Shown here piece after piece: positions 28,035-38,167 of a DNA stretch of 64,000 bases. This stretch comes from Puniceicoccaceae bacterium (lineage in GTDB: Bacteria > Verrucomicrobiota > Verrucomicrobiia > Opitutales > JAFGAQ01), in assembly GCA_028285755.1 (NCBI GenBank), contig JANQOQ010000008.1:897399-961398 (forward strand), written 5' to 3'. The translations under genes and the position numbers were made by a program. Under the pieces are notes generated by a model. It was given only the letters and a program-made list of their open reading frames with translations, was not told where the DNA came from and searched no databases. Each line of letters starts with the position of its first letter. Within the stretch, counting starts at the first letter, position 1.

Positions 28035-29573
28035 CTAATAAAACACGGCGCGATCCAGGCTGCGGTATTGGATGGCCTCCATGAGATGTATTTTTGAGAT
28101 TTGCTCACTTCCTGCCAGATCAGCAATCGTGCGGGCAACTTTCAGGATGCGGTCATACGCGCGGGCTGAAAGCTTCAGTTCTTCCATCGCGTGCTCAAGT
28201 AGCTGGGCATCCCCAGGTTGGATTTCGCAGTGATTGCGAAGGGCCTGCTGTCCCATTTGAGCGTTTGAATAGATTCTGCTTCCTCTAAAACGTGCCAGTT
28301 GAACCGCCCTTGCATTCTGGATGCGCTGTCGTATGATAGCAGAGTCTTCACCCGATTTTTCATTCCGGAGCTCGCTGATACTTAATGCGGGAACATCCAC
28401 ATGGATATCGATACGGTCCAACAACGGTCCACTGATACGCGAACGGTAACGCTGAATCTGTGCCGGAGTTGAGCGGATTTCCCGTCCTGAGCTTTCATCA
28501 TATCCATCTGGGGTGGGGTTCATCGCAGCTACCAGCATAAATGAGCAGGGGAGAGTAACCTTGGCTTTGCTGCGGGATATGGTTACACTGCCATCCTCCA
28601 GGGGTTGGCGTAGTACTTCCAGAGTCGATCGACGGAATTCCGGCAGCTCGTCCAGAAACAGCACGCCGTTATGGGCGAGTGAAATTTCACCTGGTCCAGG
28701 GACAGTCCCACCACCCAAGAGACCCACATCACTGATCGTGTGGTGAGGATTTCGGTAGGGCCGCACCATTTCGAGGGTTCCCGCTTTTTGAGAAAGCCCT
28801 GCGACTGAGTGTATACTTAAAATCTCAAGATACTCCTCAAGTGTGGGTTCCGGCATGATGGTGGGTATACGTTTCGCGAGCATCGACTTACCGGAACCCG
28901 GCGGGCCAATCAGCAAAATATTGTGCCCTCCCGCAACCGCGATTTCGACTGCACGTTTGGCGGCTTGCTGTCCCTTGATATCCGCAAAATCGACTTCATA
29001 GCGCTGTTGATCCTGGATCTCTTCTAATATCGCTTGACCATTTACAGGCGCCATCTTCAAATCCCCCGTCAAAAATCTGCGAACCTGATCCAAAGATCGC
29101 ATCCCGTATACCGGTAGCGAGGAGACTAATGCGGCCTCGCGCGCGCTAATCTCGGGGAGTATTAAACCTTTGAGTCCGCTCCTCTGTGCCAGGATCGCCA
29201 TGGGTAATCCCCCTTTTACGGGTCGCAGTTCCCCCGAAAGCGCTAGCTCTCCGGCAAACAAGTAACCGTTAATGCTCTCTTCGGGCAGTTGATCGGTTGC
29301 AGCGAGAATACCGAGTGCAATGGGCAAATCAAAGCTCGGGCCCTCCTTGCGTAAATCTCCGGGAGCCAGATTGATAATCGTCTTTGAGTAAGGCATCTTG
29401 TAGCCGCTGTTGACGATTGCAGAATTCACCCGCTCCTGGGATTCACGTACGGATGCATCCGGCAGCCCCACGATCATAGGCTTGGGTTCCCCTTCCAAAT
29501 CTGTATTCACCTCCACCTGCACAGACAAAGCCTCTATACCGGAAAGTGAGGCAGATTGGATTTGAGAGAGCAT
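28035..29573 (-). CDS. comM: YifB/ComM-family Mg-chelatase-like AAA+ protein
   Basis: 512 aa with an N-terminal Lon-protease-like domain, Walker [17 protein letters not shown], Walker [11 protein letters not shown], and a C-terminal ChlI-like domain. Confidence 0.9.
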   Translation of the reverse strand: MLSQIQSASLSGIEALSVQVEVNTDLEGEPKPMIVGLPDASVRESQERVNSAIVNSGYKMPYSKTIINLAPGDLRKEGPSFDLPIALGILAATDQLPEESINGYLFAGELALSGELRPVKGGLPMAILAQRSGLKGLILPEISAREAALVSSLPVYGMRSLDQVRRFLTGDLKMAPVNGQAILEEIQDQQRYEVDFADIKGQQAAKRAVEIAVAGGHNILLIGPPGSGKSMLAKRIPTIMPEPTLEEYLEILSIHSVAGLSQKAGTLEMVRPYRNPHHTISDVGLLGGGTVPGPGEISLAHNGVLFLDELPEFRRSTLEVLRQPLEDGSVTISRSKAKVTLPCSFMLVAAMNPTPDGYDESSGREIRSTPAQIQRYRSRISGPLLDRIDIHVDVPALSISELRNEKSGEDSAIIRQRIQNARAVQLARFRGSRIYSNAQMGQQALRNHCEIQPGDAQLLEHAMEELKLSARAYDRILKVARTIADLAGSEQISKIHLMEAIQYRSLDRAVFY

Positions 29574-29672
29574 TTAACAGATACAAGGTAATGCGATATG
29601 AATTTTCAAGAAAGTAAATGGTTTGCGATACACGACTTAAACATCTAATGAATCACTTATCCCGTTTAGAAA

Positions 29673-30368
29673 ATGTACGATATAATTAAAAAGAAATTAC
29701 TGAAGTCTGGCTGGTATGTTAAACGATTGGAGGGGGTACCCGTTGGAACCGATTTAGGGCTTTTCCTTCGCAGGCATCATACATTTACTAATGATGTTTG
29801 TTTGGATGTAGGAGCACATCGTGGGGAAACGATCGCGTGGATGCTTGAAATATTTAATGGACCCATACATGCCTTCGAGCCGGTAAAAGTAAATTTTGAA
29901 GCCTGTAAATCTCGATATGAAAAACATTCCAGGGTAACCCTGCAGAATCTCGGACTCTCAAATAAAACGGGAGAAGCTGAGATTTTTATTGAGGAGAATA
30001 CCCAAACAAACAGTTTAAAATCTACAAATTCATCAGCAGAATCTCTCAAGGAAACGATCTCGCTAACTACGATCGATAGTTACTTGAGTAATCATGGTAT
30101 ACAGACTATAGAGATGCTAAAAGTAGATGCAGAAGGCCATGAAATGGAAATACTTGAAGGCGCAAAAGACACACTCTCCCGACAGGGTGTAAAACTGATC
30201 TTTTGTGAAACTACCTTGGATATGAATAATCTATACCACACACCATTGAACGCTCTTCAAGCTTGTTTATATGACTACGGCTATAAGTTTAAGGGGGTTT
30301 TCGACCAAGTATTTATACCTGAGCATAATAACTTCATGTACTGCGACGCCCTATTTGCGCTGGAGTAA
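29673..30368 (+). CDS. FkbM-family methyltransferase
   Basis: 231 aa with the SAM-binding start LDVGAHRGE and LKVDAEGHEMEILEGA, typical of FkbM-type methyltransferases. Confidence 0.7.
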   Translation: MYDIIKKKLLKSGWYVKRLEGVPVGTDLGLFLRRHHTFTNDVCLDVGAHRGETIAWMLEIFNGPIHAFEPVKVNFEACKSRYEKHSRVTLQNLGLSNKTGEAEIFIEENTQTNSLKSTNSSAESLKETISLTTIDSYLSNHGIQTIEMLKVDAEGHEMEILEGAKDTLSRQGVKLIFCETTLDMNNLYHTPLNALQACLYDYGYKFKGVFDQVFIPEHNNFMYCDALFALE

Positions 30369-30474
30369 TCAATGGCTTTAAGCTTATTGTTTTGAGCAAT
30401 TATTACCTCGGTAAAAGTTGCCGATTAAGTTTTTTGTTTTTTGAAGTTATTTGATAAAGAACGACTTATGTAAC

Positions 30475-30490
30475 TGGTATTCGCTTTGCT
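30475..30490 (+). promoter_or_regulatory. candidate sigma-54 (-24/-12) promoter upstream of flgF
   Basis: TGGTAT-tcgct-TTGCT has exactly the TGGCAC-N5-TTGC spacing (GG at 30476-30477, GC at 30488-30489). It ends only 14 nt before the flgF ATG (30504). That would give a nearly leaderless mRNA and lowers confidence. Confidence 0.3.
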
Positions 30491-30503
30491 TTCCTGTAGG
30501 TGC

Positions 30504-31250
30504 ATGAATTCAGGTATCTACAGCGCAGCAACTTCGATGTCCTCGCTAGAGAAATGGCAGGAGATCACCACGCAGAACATTGCTGCAAGCAGCGTAACCG
30601 GCTTTAAGAAAACGGAGTTTAGTTTTGAAGCCGTCGCCAACGGGGTCATCGGTATTGGGAATGGTTTCGAGGCAGTTTCTACTGCGACCCATAAAGCCAC
30701 CGCTACTCCGGGTATCAATTTTGACAACGGAGTCGTCCAACACACGGGTGTGCCCACACACATGGCGATTAACGGCAATGGGTTCTTCAAAATGGAAAAC
30801 GGCGATGTAGAGTATTTTAGCCGCGACGGCGAATTTCGACTTAATGCGGATGGCATCATCGTTAACAAGCATGGTCACAAATTGTTAGGCGATGCGGGCG
30901 AATTGCGAATCTTGCCCGAAAATGGAGAAATCAGCATTTCAAGCGGAGGCCAGATTAAGCAGGGCGAAATAGTCGTCGGCAGTGTGAGCCTCTATGACTT
31001 TGAGGATAAGAGCGAGCTCGTGCGGGCTCACGGTGGGTTCATGCTTAAGTCAGATACCGAGCAGGAGCCCGAGCAGCTCAATGACATCCACGTCGTGCAG
31101 GGTAATATAGAAGCGAGCAACGTTTCCACCCTAAATGAAATGGTAAACCTTATCAGTATTTCACGGGCTTATGAAGCGAACCAAAAAGTAATCCAGAATT
31201 TCGATAATCTCGACAACCGCACGATCGAGGTGCTCGGAGACACTACTTAA
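30504..31250 (+). CDS. flgF: flagellar basal-body rod protein FlgF
   Basis: MNSGIYSAATSM... N-terminus, C-terminal VQGNIEASNVSTLNEMVNLISISRAYEANQKVIQ, and a position directly upstream of flgG. The ORF track starts at TTG 30486. Confidence 0.85.
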   Translation: MNSGIYSAATSMSSLEKWQEITTQNIAASSVTGFKKTEFSFEAVANGVIGIGNGFEAVSTATHKATATPGINFDNGVVQHTGVPTHMAINGNGFFKMENGDVEYFSRDGEFRLNADGIIVNKHGHKLLGDAGELRILPENGEISISSGGQIKQGEIVVGSVSLYDFEDKSELVRAHGGFMLKSDTEQEPEQLNDIHVVQGNIEASNVSTLNEMVNLISISRAYEANQKVIQNFDNLDNRTIEVLGDTT

Positions 31251-31263
31251 TCACCTAATTGAT

Positions 31264-32046
31264 ATGAATCTTTCACTTTATTCAGCTGCATCCGGTATGG
31301 ATGCCCAACAGCAAAACCTGAATACGATATCCAACAATATCGCCAACGTAAACACTGCAGGCTTCAAGCGCAGTAAGGCGGAGTTTCAGGATTTGCTCTA
31401 TCAAAATGCAAAGCCGGCCGGGGGTGATGCAGGTGCTGGTAATACGGTACCCACCTCCGTAGAGCTTGGCAACGGTAGTCAAATCGTATCAACCTCGAAG
31501 GTCTTTACTCAGGGCCAGCTCACTGAAACAGGTGAGAAACTGGATTTAGCAATTCAGGGCGATGGGTTCTTTGAGGTCCTGAGAGCAGATGGCACAAGTG
31601 CATACACACGCGATGGGGCCTTCAAAATTGATGCGAATGGCCAGGTTACCACCAGTAATGGCCTCACCATCCAGAATTTTCCGGCGATTACGCCCAATGC
31701 TGTGAGTATATTCATATCGCCTACCGGTGAGGTTACCGTAGATGATGGCACCACGCAGACCTCTGCCGGTACTATCCAGCTTGCACGCTTTGTAAACCCA
31801 TCCGGCCTGGAAAGCCTGGGAAGCAACCTCTTTGCTGAAACCAATGCGAGCGGTGTGCCCGAGACCGGAAATCCCGGTCTGAGTGGATTTGGCAATTTGC
31901 GTCAAGGGTTTCTCGAGATGTCAAATGTGGATGTTGTTCAGGAAATGGTAAATATGATCATCGCTCAGCGCGCCTACGAGATCAACTCAAAATCCATCCA
32001 AACATCAGATGAAATGTTGAGGCAAATCAATCAATTGAAACGATAA
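31264..32046 (+). CDS. flgG: flagellar distal rod protein FlgG
   Basis: 260 aa with LNTISNNIANVNTAGFKR and GFLEMSNVDVVQEMVNMIIAQRAYEINSKSIQTSDEML. Confidence 0.95.
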   Translation: MNLSLYSAASGMDAQQQNLNTISNNIANVNTAGFKRSKAEFQDLLYQNAKPAGGDAGAGNTVPTSVELGNGSQIVSTSKVFTQGQLTETGEKLDLAIQGDGFFEVLRADGTSAYTRDGAFKIDANGQVTTSNGLTIQNFPAITPNAVSIFISPTGEVTVDDGTTQTSAGTIQLARFVNPSGLESLGSNLFAETNASGVPETGNPGLSGFGNLRQGFLEMSNVDVVQEMVNMIIAQRAYEINSKSIQTSDEMLRQINQLKR

Positions 32047-32070
32047 ACGGAATATTTAAAAGCTGATTTA

Positions 32071-32946
32071 ATGTTAGATTCACTGATAAAAAAGCACTTT
32101 CTGCTCTTGGCACTATTTGTCAATTATTCTCTGTTTGCATCAACTGAAATTGATAAAGAGGCCATCCTGGAGAGTACAGACATCGATGCGCTATTGGGTT
32201 CACGTATTCAAAAAGTAGAAAAAGTAGAGGAGAGCGAAGCTCCACAGGAGGAATCCACGAAATACGATAAACTGACTTTGATTTCTGAGGTTGATTTGGA
32301 GACTCCTGTATACTATTTGACAGAGCAGCAACTCCTTGAAGAGTTGAAATTCCAGATCGGTCAGCGCTACGAAATCGTCGGTGATTTTCGGCTAACCCTA
32401 GAAAAGCCCTGGAAGGATTTGGAATTAATGGAGCCCGATTGGGGAATTGTTATCAGCTCCTTCCCAGTGCAAGGGCTGCGAAGCCGTTTCTTTATCTCAT
32501 TCGAAGTTTGGTCTTCAAATAAGCGCCACTCGAATTGGCAGATCGGTCTCGTCGCTGAGCTTCTCAAAGAGTGTTATGTGGCTACCAATGAGATTGAGCG
32601 GGACTCCTTGCTCGATGGCAGTGCGGTGAGTCCCAAAATGATAAACGTGCTCAACCAATACAGCCCTCCGGTGGAGAGTGATGTGGATTTAAACGACTTT
32701 GTGGCCTCACGGGCAATTAAGGCAGGAACCCCCCTGTTTATGAAGGACCTCAAGGTTCGCCCCTTAATCAGTCGTAACAGCATTATCGATGTGATCGCAA
32801 TTGACGGGCTCCTGCGTATCTCGCTGAAGGGTAGATCCCTGCAGGAAGGTACACGCGGTCAGTTCATTCGTGTAAAGAATTTGCAGTCCCATAAGGAAAT
32901 CAACGCCGAGGTGATCGGTGTAAACCAGGCCCGCGTATATTTTTAG
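32071..32946 (+). CDS. flgA: flagellar P-ring assembly chaperone FlgA
   Basis: 291 aa with a signal-like N-terminus and a C-terminal SAF-type segment IKAGTPLFMKDLKVRPLISRNSIIDVI...GQFIRVKNLQSHKEINAEVIG. Confidence 0.8.
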   Translation: MLDSLIKKHFLLLALFVNYSLFASTEIDKEAILESTDIDALLGSRIQKVEKVEESEAPQEESTKYDKLTLISEVDLETPVYYLTEQQLLEELKFQIGQRYEIVGDFRLTLEKPWKDLELMEPDWGIVISSFPVQGLRSRFFISFEVWSSNKRHSNWQIGLVAELLKECYVATNEIERDSLLDGSAVSPKMINVLNQYSPPVESDVDLNDFVASRAIKAGTPLFMKDLKVRPLISRNSIIDVIAIDGLLRISLKGRSLQEGTRGQFIRVKNLQSHKEINAEVIGVNQARVYF

Positions 32947-32967
32947 TCCAATCCGTATTAGTACATC

Positions 32968-33624
32968 ATGAAACAAGCATTTACCCAACGTTCCCGTTCA
33001 AGCGACATTTTATGGCTCTACGCCATTGTTGTGGGCTGCGTGTTTGCAGTCAGTTCCGTGAAAGCAGAATCCCTTTGGTTGCGCGGCGGGACTGAAAGGA
33101 GTATGTTTTCATCTAAGATCGCATATGGGGTGGGTGATATTCTTACTGTATCCATCAGTGAAACGGTTGACTTTAACTCGACCCAATCATTCGACAGCGG
33201 TCGTAAAAGCTCACCTCTAATCAGTATCGGCGGCGTGCTACTGGACTCTATTGATTGGGAAGAGCTTGAAGGAAAGGATATAAAACTATCTGATATTTTG
33301 GGCGGTCAGTATTCTACCAGCCCGAGTTCAGTCACCAATACAACGAATGTCGCGCAGGCGCAGATACCGGTAACAGTGATCGATGTTCTGCCCAATCATA
33401 ATCTGGTCGTAGAGGGCACACGCCTGGTCACTTTCACCGGTGAAAGACGCTACGCGGTATTTCAGGGCATAGTCCGCCCGCTGGATATAGATGTGACTAC
33501 AAACACGGTCGTCTCCAACCGCGTTGCAGACGCACGTATCGAATTTATCTCTGAAGGTGCCATTGGCGACGTTCAGGAAAAAGGCTGGTTCACCCGCTTT
33601 GTAGACGGGATCAATCCATTTTAA
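32968..33624 (+). CDS. flgH: flagellar L-ring protein FlgH
   Basis: 218 aa with ESLW...MFSSKIAYGVGDILTVSISE and VVEGTRLVTFTGERRYAVFQGIVRPLDI. Confidence 0.92.
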   Translation: MKQAFTQRSRSSDILWLYAIVVGCVFAVSSVKAESLWLRGGTERSMFSSKIAYGVGDILTVSISETVDFNSTQSFDSGRKSSPLISIGGVLLDSIDWEELEGKDIKLSDILGGQYSTSPSSVTNTTNVAQAQIPVTVIDVLPNHNLVVEGTRLVTFTGERRYAVFQGIVRPLDIDVTTNTVVSNRVADARIEFISEGAIGDVQEKGWFTRFVDGINPF

Positions 33625-33626
33625 GC

Positions 33627-34730
33627 ATGTATCGCATACTACTCACAGTTTTTAGCATTTTATTGGGCGCGAGTGTTTGCTCACTGCAGGCATCACGCAT
33701 CAAGGACCTCACGCACGTGGAGGGCGCCCGCTCGAATCAACTAATCGGCTATGGTATTGTAGTAGGACTTGCGGGTGATGGGGACAGCCAATTGTCCTAC
33801 ACGGTCCAAAGTGTATCTAATTTCTTAAAGCGCTTTGGCGTGGTGGTCGATCCTGAGACCATCCAGGGTGACAATCTTGCAGCCGTCATGATCACTGCAG
33901 AGATCGGAGCATTTGCGCGTCCGGGATCACGCATCGACGTGACCGTATCCTCTATCGGGGATGCTGAGTCCCTTAACGGGGGTGTCTTATTGCAAACGCC
34001 ACTGGTTGGTGCCGATGACGTGGTATACGCGGTTGCCCAGGGACAGGTAGCGGTCGGTGGATTTTTGGAAGGAGTTGGTGGACCGGGAGGGGCTACTGTG
34101 CAAAAGAATCACCCAACCGTGGGGATTATTTCGAATGGAGCGATTGTGGAGCGCCGCATTGCAGCTCATGTTGTTCAGCAGAACCGAATTAACCTGCTAT
34201 TGCATCATCCCGACTTTACGACCGCAGCCCGTGTCTCCCACGCCATCAATGAAATTTTCCCGGGAATCAGCCGTGCCATCGACAGTGCTTCAGTATCCGT
34301 CAATGTCCCGCCTAATTTCCGTGGGCAGGAAACCAATTTTATCGCCGCAATCGGAAACCTCGTTGCAGATCCCGATAGTGCCGCAAAAGTGGTCGTCAAT
34401 GAGCGTACCGGTACCATTGTTGCTACTGCTGATGTGCGTGTGTCGCGTGTGGCGATCAGTCACGGTTCGATCACGATTACCATTGCCTCCGATGTGGATG
34501 CCGTCCAGCCGTTACCCTTTTCGGATGGAGGCTTCACCGCCATTTTACCTGATACCAACGTGGAAGTGACCGAGATCCAGGGTGGATTTGAAATCCTGGA
34601 TCAATACCCAACCATTGAGCAACTTACCAACGCGCTCAATGCGTTGGGCGTCACTACCCGCGAGATGATGTCGATTTTTCAAACCCTTAAACAAGCCGGC
34701 GCACTGCAGGCAGAACTCGTCATCCAATAA
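33627..34730 (+). CDS. flgI: flagellar P-ring protein FlgI
   Basis: 367 aa with a signal peptide, then RIKDLTHVEGARSNQLIGYGIVVGLAGDGD and a C-terminal ALGVTTREMMSIFQTLKQAGALQAELV. Confidence 0.95.
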   Translation: MYRILLTVFSILLGASVCSLQASRIKDLTHVEGARSNQLIGYGIVVGLAGDGDSQLSYTVQSVSNFLKRFGVVVDPETIQGDNLAAVMITAEIGAFARPGSRIDVTVSSIGDAESLNGGVLLQTPLVGADDVVYAVAQGQVAVGGFLEGVGGPGGATVQKNHPTVGIISNGAIVERRIAAHVVQQNRINLLLHHPDFTTAARVSHAINEIFPGISRAIDSASVSVNVPPNFRGQETNFIAAIGNLVADPDSAAKVVVNERTGTIVATADVRVSRVAISHGSITITIASDVDAVQPLPFSDGGFTAILPDTNVEVTEIQGGFEILDQYPTIEQLTNALNALGVTTREMMSIFQTLKQAGALQAELVIQ

Positions 34731-34732
34731 CC

Positions 34733-35056
34733 ATGGAAACGACAGCAGCAGCGCATACACCGGTAATGATGAACCTCAGCGATTGGCAGGGGCTCCAGGG
34801 TATGAAACACCTTTCCGAAGAGCAGAAGCTCAAGGTAACGGCCGATGAATTTGAGGCCACCTTACTGAGGCAGTATCTCAACGATGCGATGAAACCCATG
34901 TTTAAGGGTATCATCAATGAGGAGGGTGTTGCCAATGATATATACAGAAGTTACTTCACCGATGCAATTGCTCAAAACTTGTCTCAGGGGACAGGGGTTG
35001 GCATCTCCAACGCATTACAGTCGCAGCTTTCAAAAGCAGTAAAGGAAACGTCATAA
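34733..35056 (+). CDS. flgJ: rod-binding protein (FlgJ N-terminal domain only)
   Basis: 107 aa with ADEFEATLLRQYLNDAMKPMF...IYRSYFTDAIAQNLSQGTGVGISNALQSQL, which corresponds to a rod-binding domain. No muramidase domain is present. Confidence 0.75.
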   Translation: METTAAAHTPVMMNLSDWQGLQGMKHLSEEQKLKVTADEFEATLLRQYLNDAMKPMFKGIINEEGVANDIYRSYFTDAIAQNLSQGTGVGISNALQSQLSKAVKETS

Positions 35057-35073
35057 AAAATAATTTGGAACAC

Positions 35074-35586
35074 ATGAGCATACCCACCAACGCACCCATT
35101 TGGGAACCCATTGTAGAAGCACTCCGCGCGGAGCTGCAGGAATACGGTGAGCTTCTCATACTCATCGAAAAACAACAGACCGCCATTCAAAAAAGGAATA
35201 TGCCTGGCTATATAGACCTGAGTACCGAAATTGAATCTCAGGCGGCATCTACGTCGGGCTTGCGCGCTGAACGTGAACAGAAAGTCAGGACCCTGGCAGA
35301 GTCGTTGAATATCGAGTATAATGAAAACCTCAGTGAGATGATCCCCGGATTCCCGGAGGAATCCCGCCCGATGTTCTCAGCACTCGTGGATGAGATCAAC
35401 AAACTCATCCATAAAACCCAGCGTAAGGCTAAGCAAAACCATATGCTGTTGGTACGCACACTGCATTTTACAAACGAGCTGCTTCAGAAAGTAAGCCCTC
35501 AATCTTTTACTCAGACTTACAGCCCGGCCGGTAATTCCAGCTTTCGTGCCAATCGGGACAGTGGCGCTGTAAACACCTCCGCATAA
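35074..35586 (+). CDS. flgN: FlgN-like flagellar export chaperone
   Basis: Helical protein LRAELQEYGELLILIEKQQTAIQKRN... located directly upstream of flgK-flgL, as flgN usually is. The ORF track starts at TTG 35065. Confidence 0.6.
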   Translation: MSIPTNAPIWEPIVEALRAELQEYGELLILIEKQQTAIQKRNMPGYIDLSTEIESQAASTSGLRAEREQKVRTLAESLNIEYNENLSEMIPGFPEESRPMFSALVDEINKLIHKTQRKAKQNHMLLVRTLHFTNELLQKVSPQSFTQTYSPAGNSSFRANRDSGAVNTSA

Positions 35587-35607
35587 TTCTTTTCCTTATC
35601 ATTTCCC

Positions 35608-37188
35608 ATGTCAGGACTCATCGGCAGTATTTTAAACACCACCGCATCCCTTAAGAGTAATCAAAAGGCGATTGAGGTGGCGGGTAAAAATATGGCTAAC
35701 GTGAATAATGCCAATTATTCGCGGCAAAGGCTGGAGTTTGGAATCTCAGGGGGTATTTCGGTAAGCACCATTACTCAGATTCGGGATAACCTGTTGGATG
35801 AAAAACTCATTCGCGAAGGATCCGTCTCTGGTAATCTAACCGCTCAAAACGAAGTCTATAAGCAGATCCAGGTAATTTTGGGAGAGCAGATCACAGCTGA
35901 TGTCAGCAGCCCGGATACACTTCAGGGTTCATCCTCTGGAGATCAGTCAGGGTCAGGTCTCAGCTACGCGCTCGATAACTTCTTTAACTCCCTGCAGGCA
36001 CTTTCTGTAGATCCTACGGATGCCGGGGCCAAGGCATCAGTGATCGCGAATGCAGAGGTGCTGGTAGAACGTTTTAACTCGATTTCAAATGATCTCACCG
36101 AGCTAGATAATGACGTGCTCGATAATGTTGAGACGGAGGTACGCAATGTAAATAACCTGCTTGGTGAGATTGCGGATATTAATGCAGAGATTGCCAAGAT
36201 TGAGCTTCGGGATCCGGGCGGTGCCTTTGAATATCGTGATCTGCGCCAGCAAAAACTGGAAGAGCTATCTACTTTAATCGATTTTGAAACCGTGAATGCT
36301 GACAACGGCCAGGTAATCCTGGTCGCTCCGGATAAGGCGGGAAATTCCATCGTATTGCTGGATCGGGGCGTGGTACGCAATGAGATCAAGTTCAATGAAG
36401 CCTCCAACGAGATCTACTTCAGCGATCATACCAGCTTGCCGCTTGGGAGTTCGCCCAATGCTGATGCATACGATTTAGGAGGAGGTAAAATCGGGGGCTA
36501 TCTCTATGCACGCTCTACGACAGATCCTTTCGGAGGTGCATCTTCCTATGCAGTGGGGCCCTTGGCAAAAGCACGCGAGGATCTCGATCAGCTGGCAGTG
36601 CGGGTGGCGACTGAGGTAAGCGCCATCTACGATCGCACGGATTATGGTGCGAGTCCACAGGTACTGGAACTTTTTTTTGACGATGATGCAGTGCCTGACC
36701 CCATTGATCTCTCAAATGTAACTGCAGCTAACATACGGCTCTATCAGGGAGATCTGACCACGCGCTACGGGGACGGTCCCGCATTCACTGATTTAGGTGC
36801 AGGGAGTGGCACCGTTAAGCAACCGCTCAATGTCAACACCCTGAAGTCCACTAATACCACCAACAGTGGCTCCAATGAAATTGCACTCGCTCTTGCAGAG
36901 CTGAATTCGCAAACCTACAGTGACCTTCAGGGCAGCACCTTTACGGGTTTCGTTGCAGATATGGCATCCGATATCGGGTATGCGGTCAGCAGCAATCAAC
37001 AATTAATTGAAAACCAGCAACTCATCCTGGCACAGCTAAAAGACGAGCGTGCATCCGTCAGCGGCGTATCCATTGATGAGGAGTTGGCCAACATCGTACG
37101 ATATCAGCGTTCATTCGAAGCCTCAGCCCGGGTTTTGCAGGTGATGGATGAGCTGCTGGAACTTATAACCACCCAACTGGTCCGCTAA
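35608..37188 (+). CDS. flgK: flagellar hook-associated protein 1 FlgK
   Basis: 526 aa with N-terminal LKSNQKAIEVAGKNMANVNNANYSRQR and C-terminal SGVSIDEELANIVRYQRSFEASARVLQVMDELL. Confidence 0.93.
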   Translation: MSGLIGSILNTTASLKSNQKAIEVAGKNMANVNNANYSRQRLEFGISGGISVSTITQIRDNLLDEKLIREGSVSGNLTAQNEVYKQIQVILGEQITADVSSPDTLQGSSSGDQSGSGLSYALDNFFNSLQALSVDPTDAGAKASVIANAEVLVERFNSISNDLTELDNDVLDNVETEVRNVNNLLGEIADINAEIAKIELRDPGGAFEYRDLRQQKLEELSTLIDFETVNADNGQVILVAPDKAGNSIVLLDRGVVRNEIKFNEASNEIYFSDHTSLPLGSSPNADAYDLGGGKIGGYLYARSTTDPFGGASSYAVGPLAKAREDLDQLAVRVATEVSAIYDRTDYGASPQVLELFFDDDAVPDPIDLSNVTAANIRLYQGDLTTRYGDGPAFTDLGAGSGTVKQPLNVNTLKSTNTTNSGSNEIALALAELNSQTYSDLQGSTFTGFVADMASDIGYAVSSNQQLIENQQLILAQLKDERASVSGVSIDEELANIVRYQRSFEASARVLQVMDELLELITTQLVR

Positions 37189-37206
37189 TGGTAGGAGGAT
37201 AGACAT

Positions 37207-38151
37207 ATGGCTGAATTACGCGTAAGCACCAATTCCCTGCAGGAAAACCTTATCCGACAGCTCAATATTAACCAAAGTAATCTCGTAACCCTGCAAAAGC
37301 AGCTCGCAACGGGGAGAAAGGTTACTTTGCCCGAGGATGATCCCATTTCTATGAGTCGCGCCTTAAGTCGCGAATCACAGAAGCGGGAAATTTCGCAGTA
37401 TCATACCAACAACATCATCGCAGGTAATTTGATCAATACCTCGCAATTGCACATTGATGAGCTCAAAAATCTTGGGGAGCTCGCTTTGGGCATTGCAAAT
37501 GCCACAGGCGTATCATCGAGCGATACGGAGATCGATGCCAATCGCCGTCAGTTGAATGAAATCGTCAACCAGGCCCTTGATATTGCCAATGCCAAACTCG
37601 ATGGGGAATACCTGTTTGCCGGAGTGGATTTCTCGTCAAATCCTTACTCCATTGACGATGGCGGCACCCCTACGGATGAATCGGATGATACGATCGCCTA
37701 TAACGGCAGCCCAACGGATCGCAGTGACCCCAATTTTGATGAAGCCGAGTATTATGTCGGCAAAAACACGAAAATTGCCCCTAAGCTCAATCCTGAGCAC
37801 AATGTGGATGTTCAGAACTACATCCAGGCGATCCTTGACTTGCGAAACAGCTTTGACAGTACGGCTGGGTTTGACGCATCAACCGTCGCTTCCGCATCAG
37901 CCAACCTGGAATCTGCCGAAGACCAGCTGCTCATCGCATCGACTGATCTGGCAACCAAGAGCCTGAGATTGGATATCGCGGCGCAGTCGGACTCACAACT
38001 TTTTAATCAATTGGACGAAGCGATCGCTCTGGAGGTTGGGGCGGACATTACGGATGTTGCCGTTCGCATCAATCAGGCGCAGACTTCCTATGAGGCAGCC
38101 CTGGCAAGCGCGAGCCGTATTTTGAATATTTCGCTCCTAAACTACATCTAA
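37207..38151 (+). CDS. flgL: flagellar hook-associated protein 3 FlgL
   Basis: 314 aa with a flagellin-like N-terminus RVSTNSLQENLIRQLNINQSNLVTLQKQLATGRKV...DDPISMSRAL and a C-terminal helical segment. Confidence 0.85.
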   Translation: MAELRVSTNSLQENLIRQLNINQSNLVTLQKQLATGRKVTLPEDDPISMSRALSRESQKREISQYHTNNIIAGNLINTSQLHIDELKNLGELALGIANATGVSSSDTEIDANRRQLNEIVNQALDIANAKLDGEYLFAGVDFSSNPYSIDDGGTPTDESDDTIAYNGSPTDRSDPNFDEAEYYVGKNTKIAPKLNPEHNVDVQNYIQAILDLRNSFDSTAGFDASTVASASANLESAEDQLLIASTDLATKSLRLDIAAQSDSQLFNQLDEAIALEVGADITDVAVRINQAQTSYEAALASASRILNISLLNYI

Positions 38152-38167
38152 TAAACCAAAGCCAATC

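Noticed and set aside
34057-34569. A 170-aa same-strand alternative-frame ORF inside flgI, considered as a possible overlapping gene.
   Set aside because: FlgI is continuous and canonical across this region. The alternative frame gives Ser/Pro/Leu/Arg-rich sequence with no start context or motif, so there is no evidence beyond an open frame.
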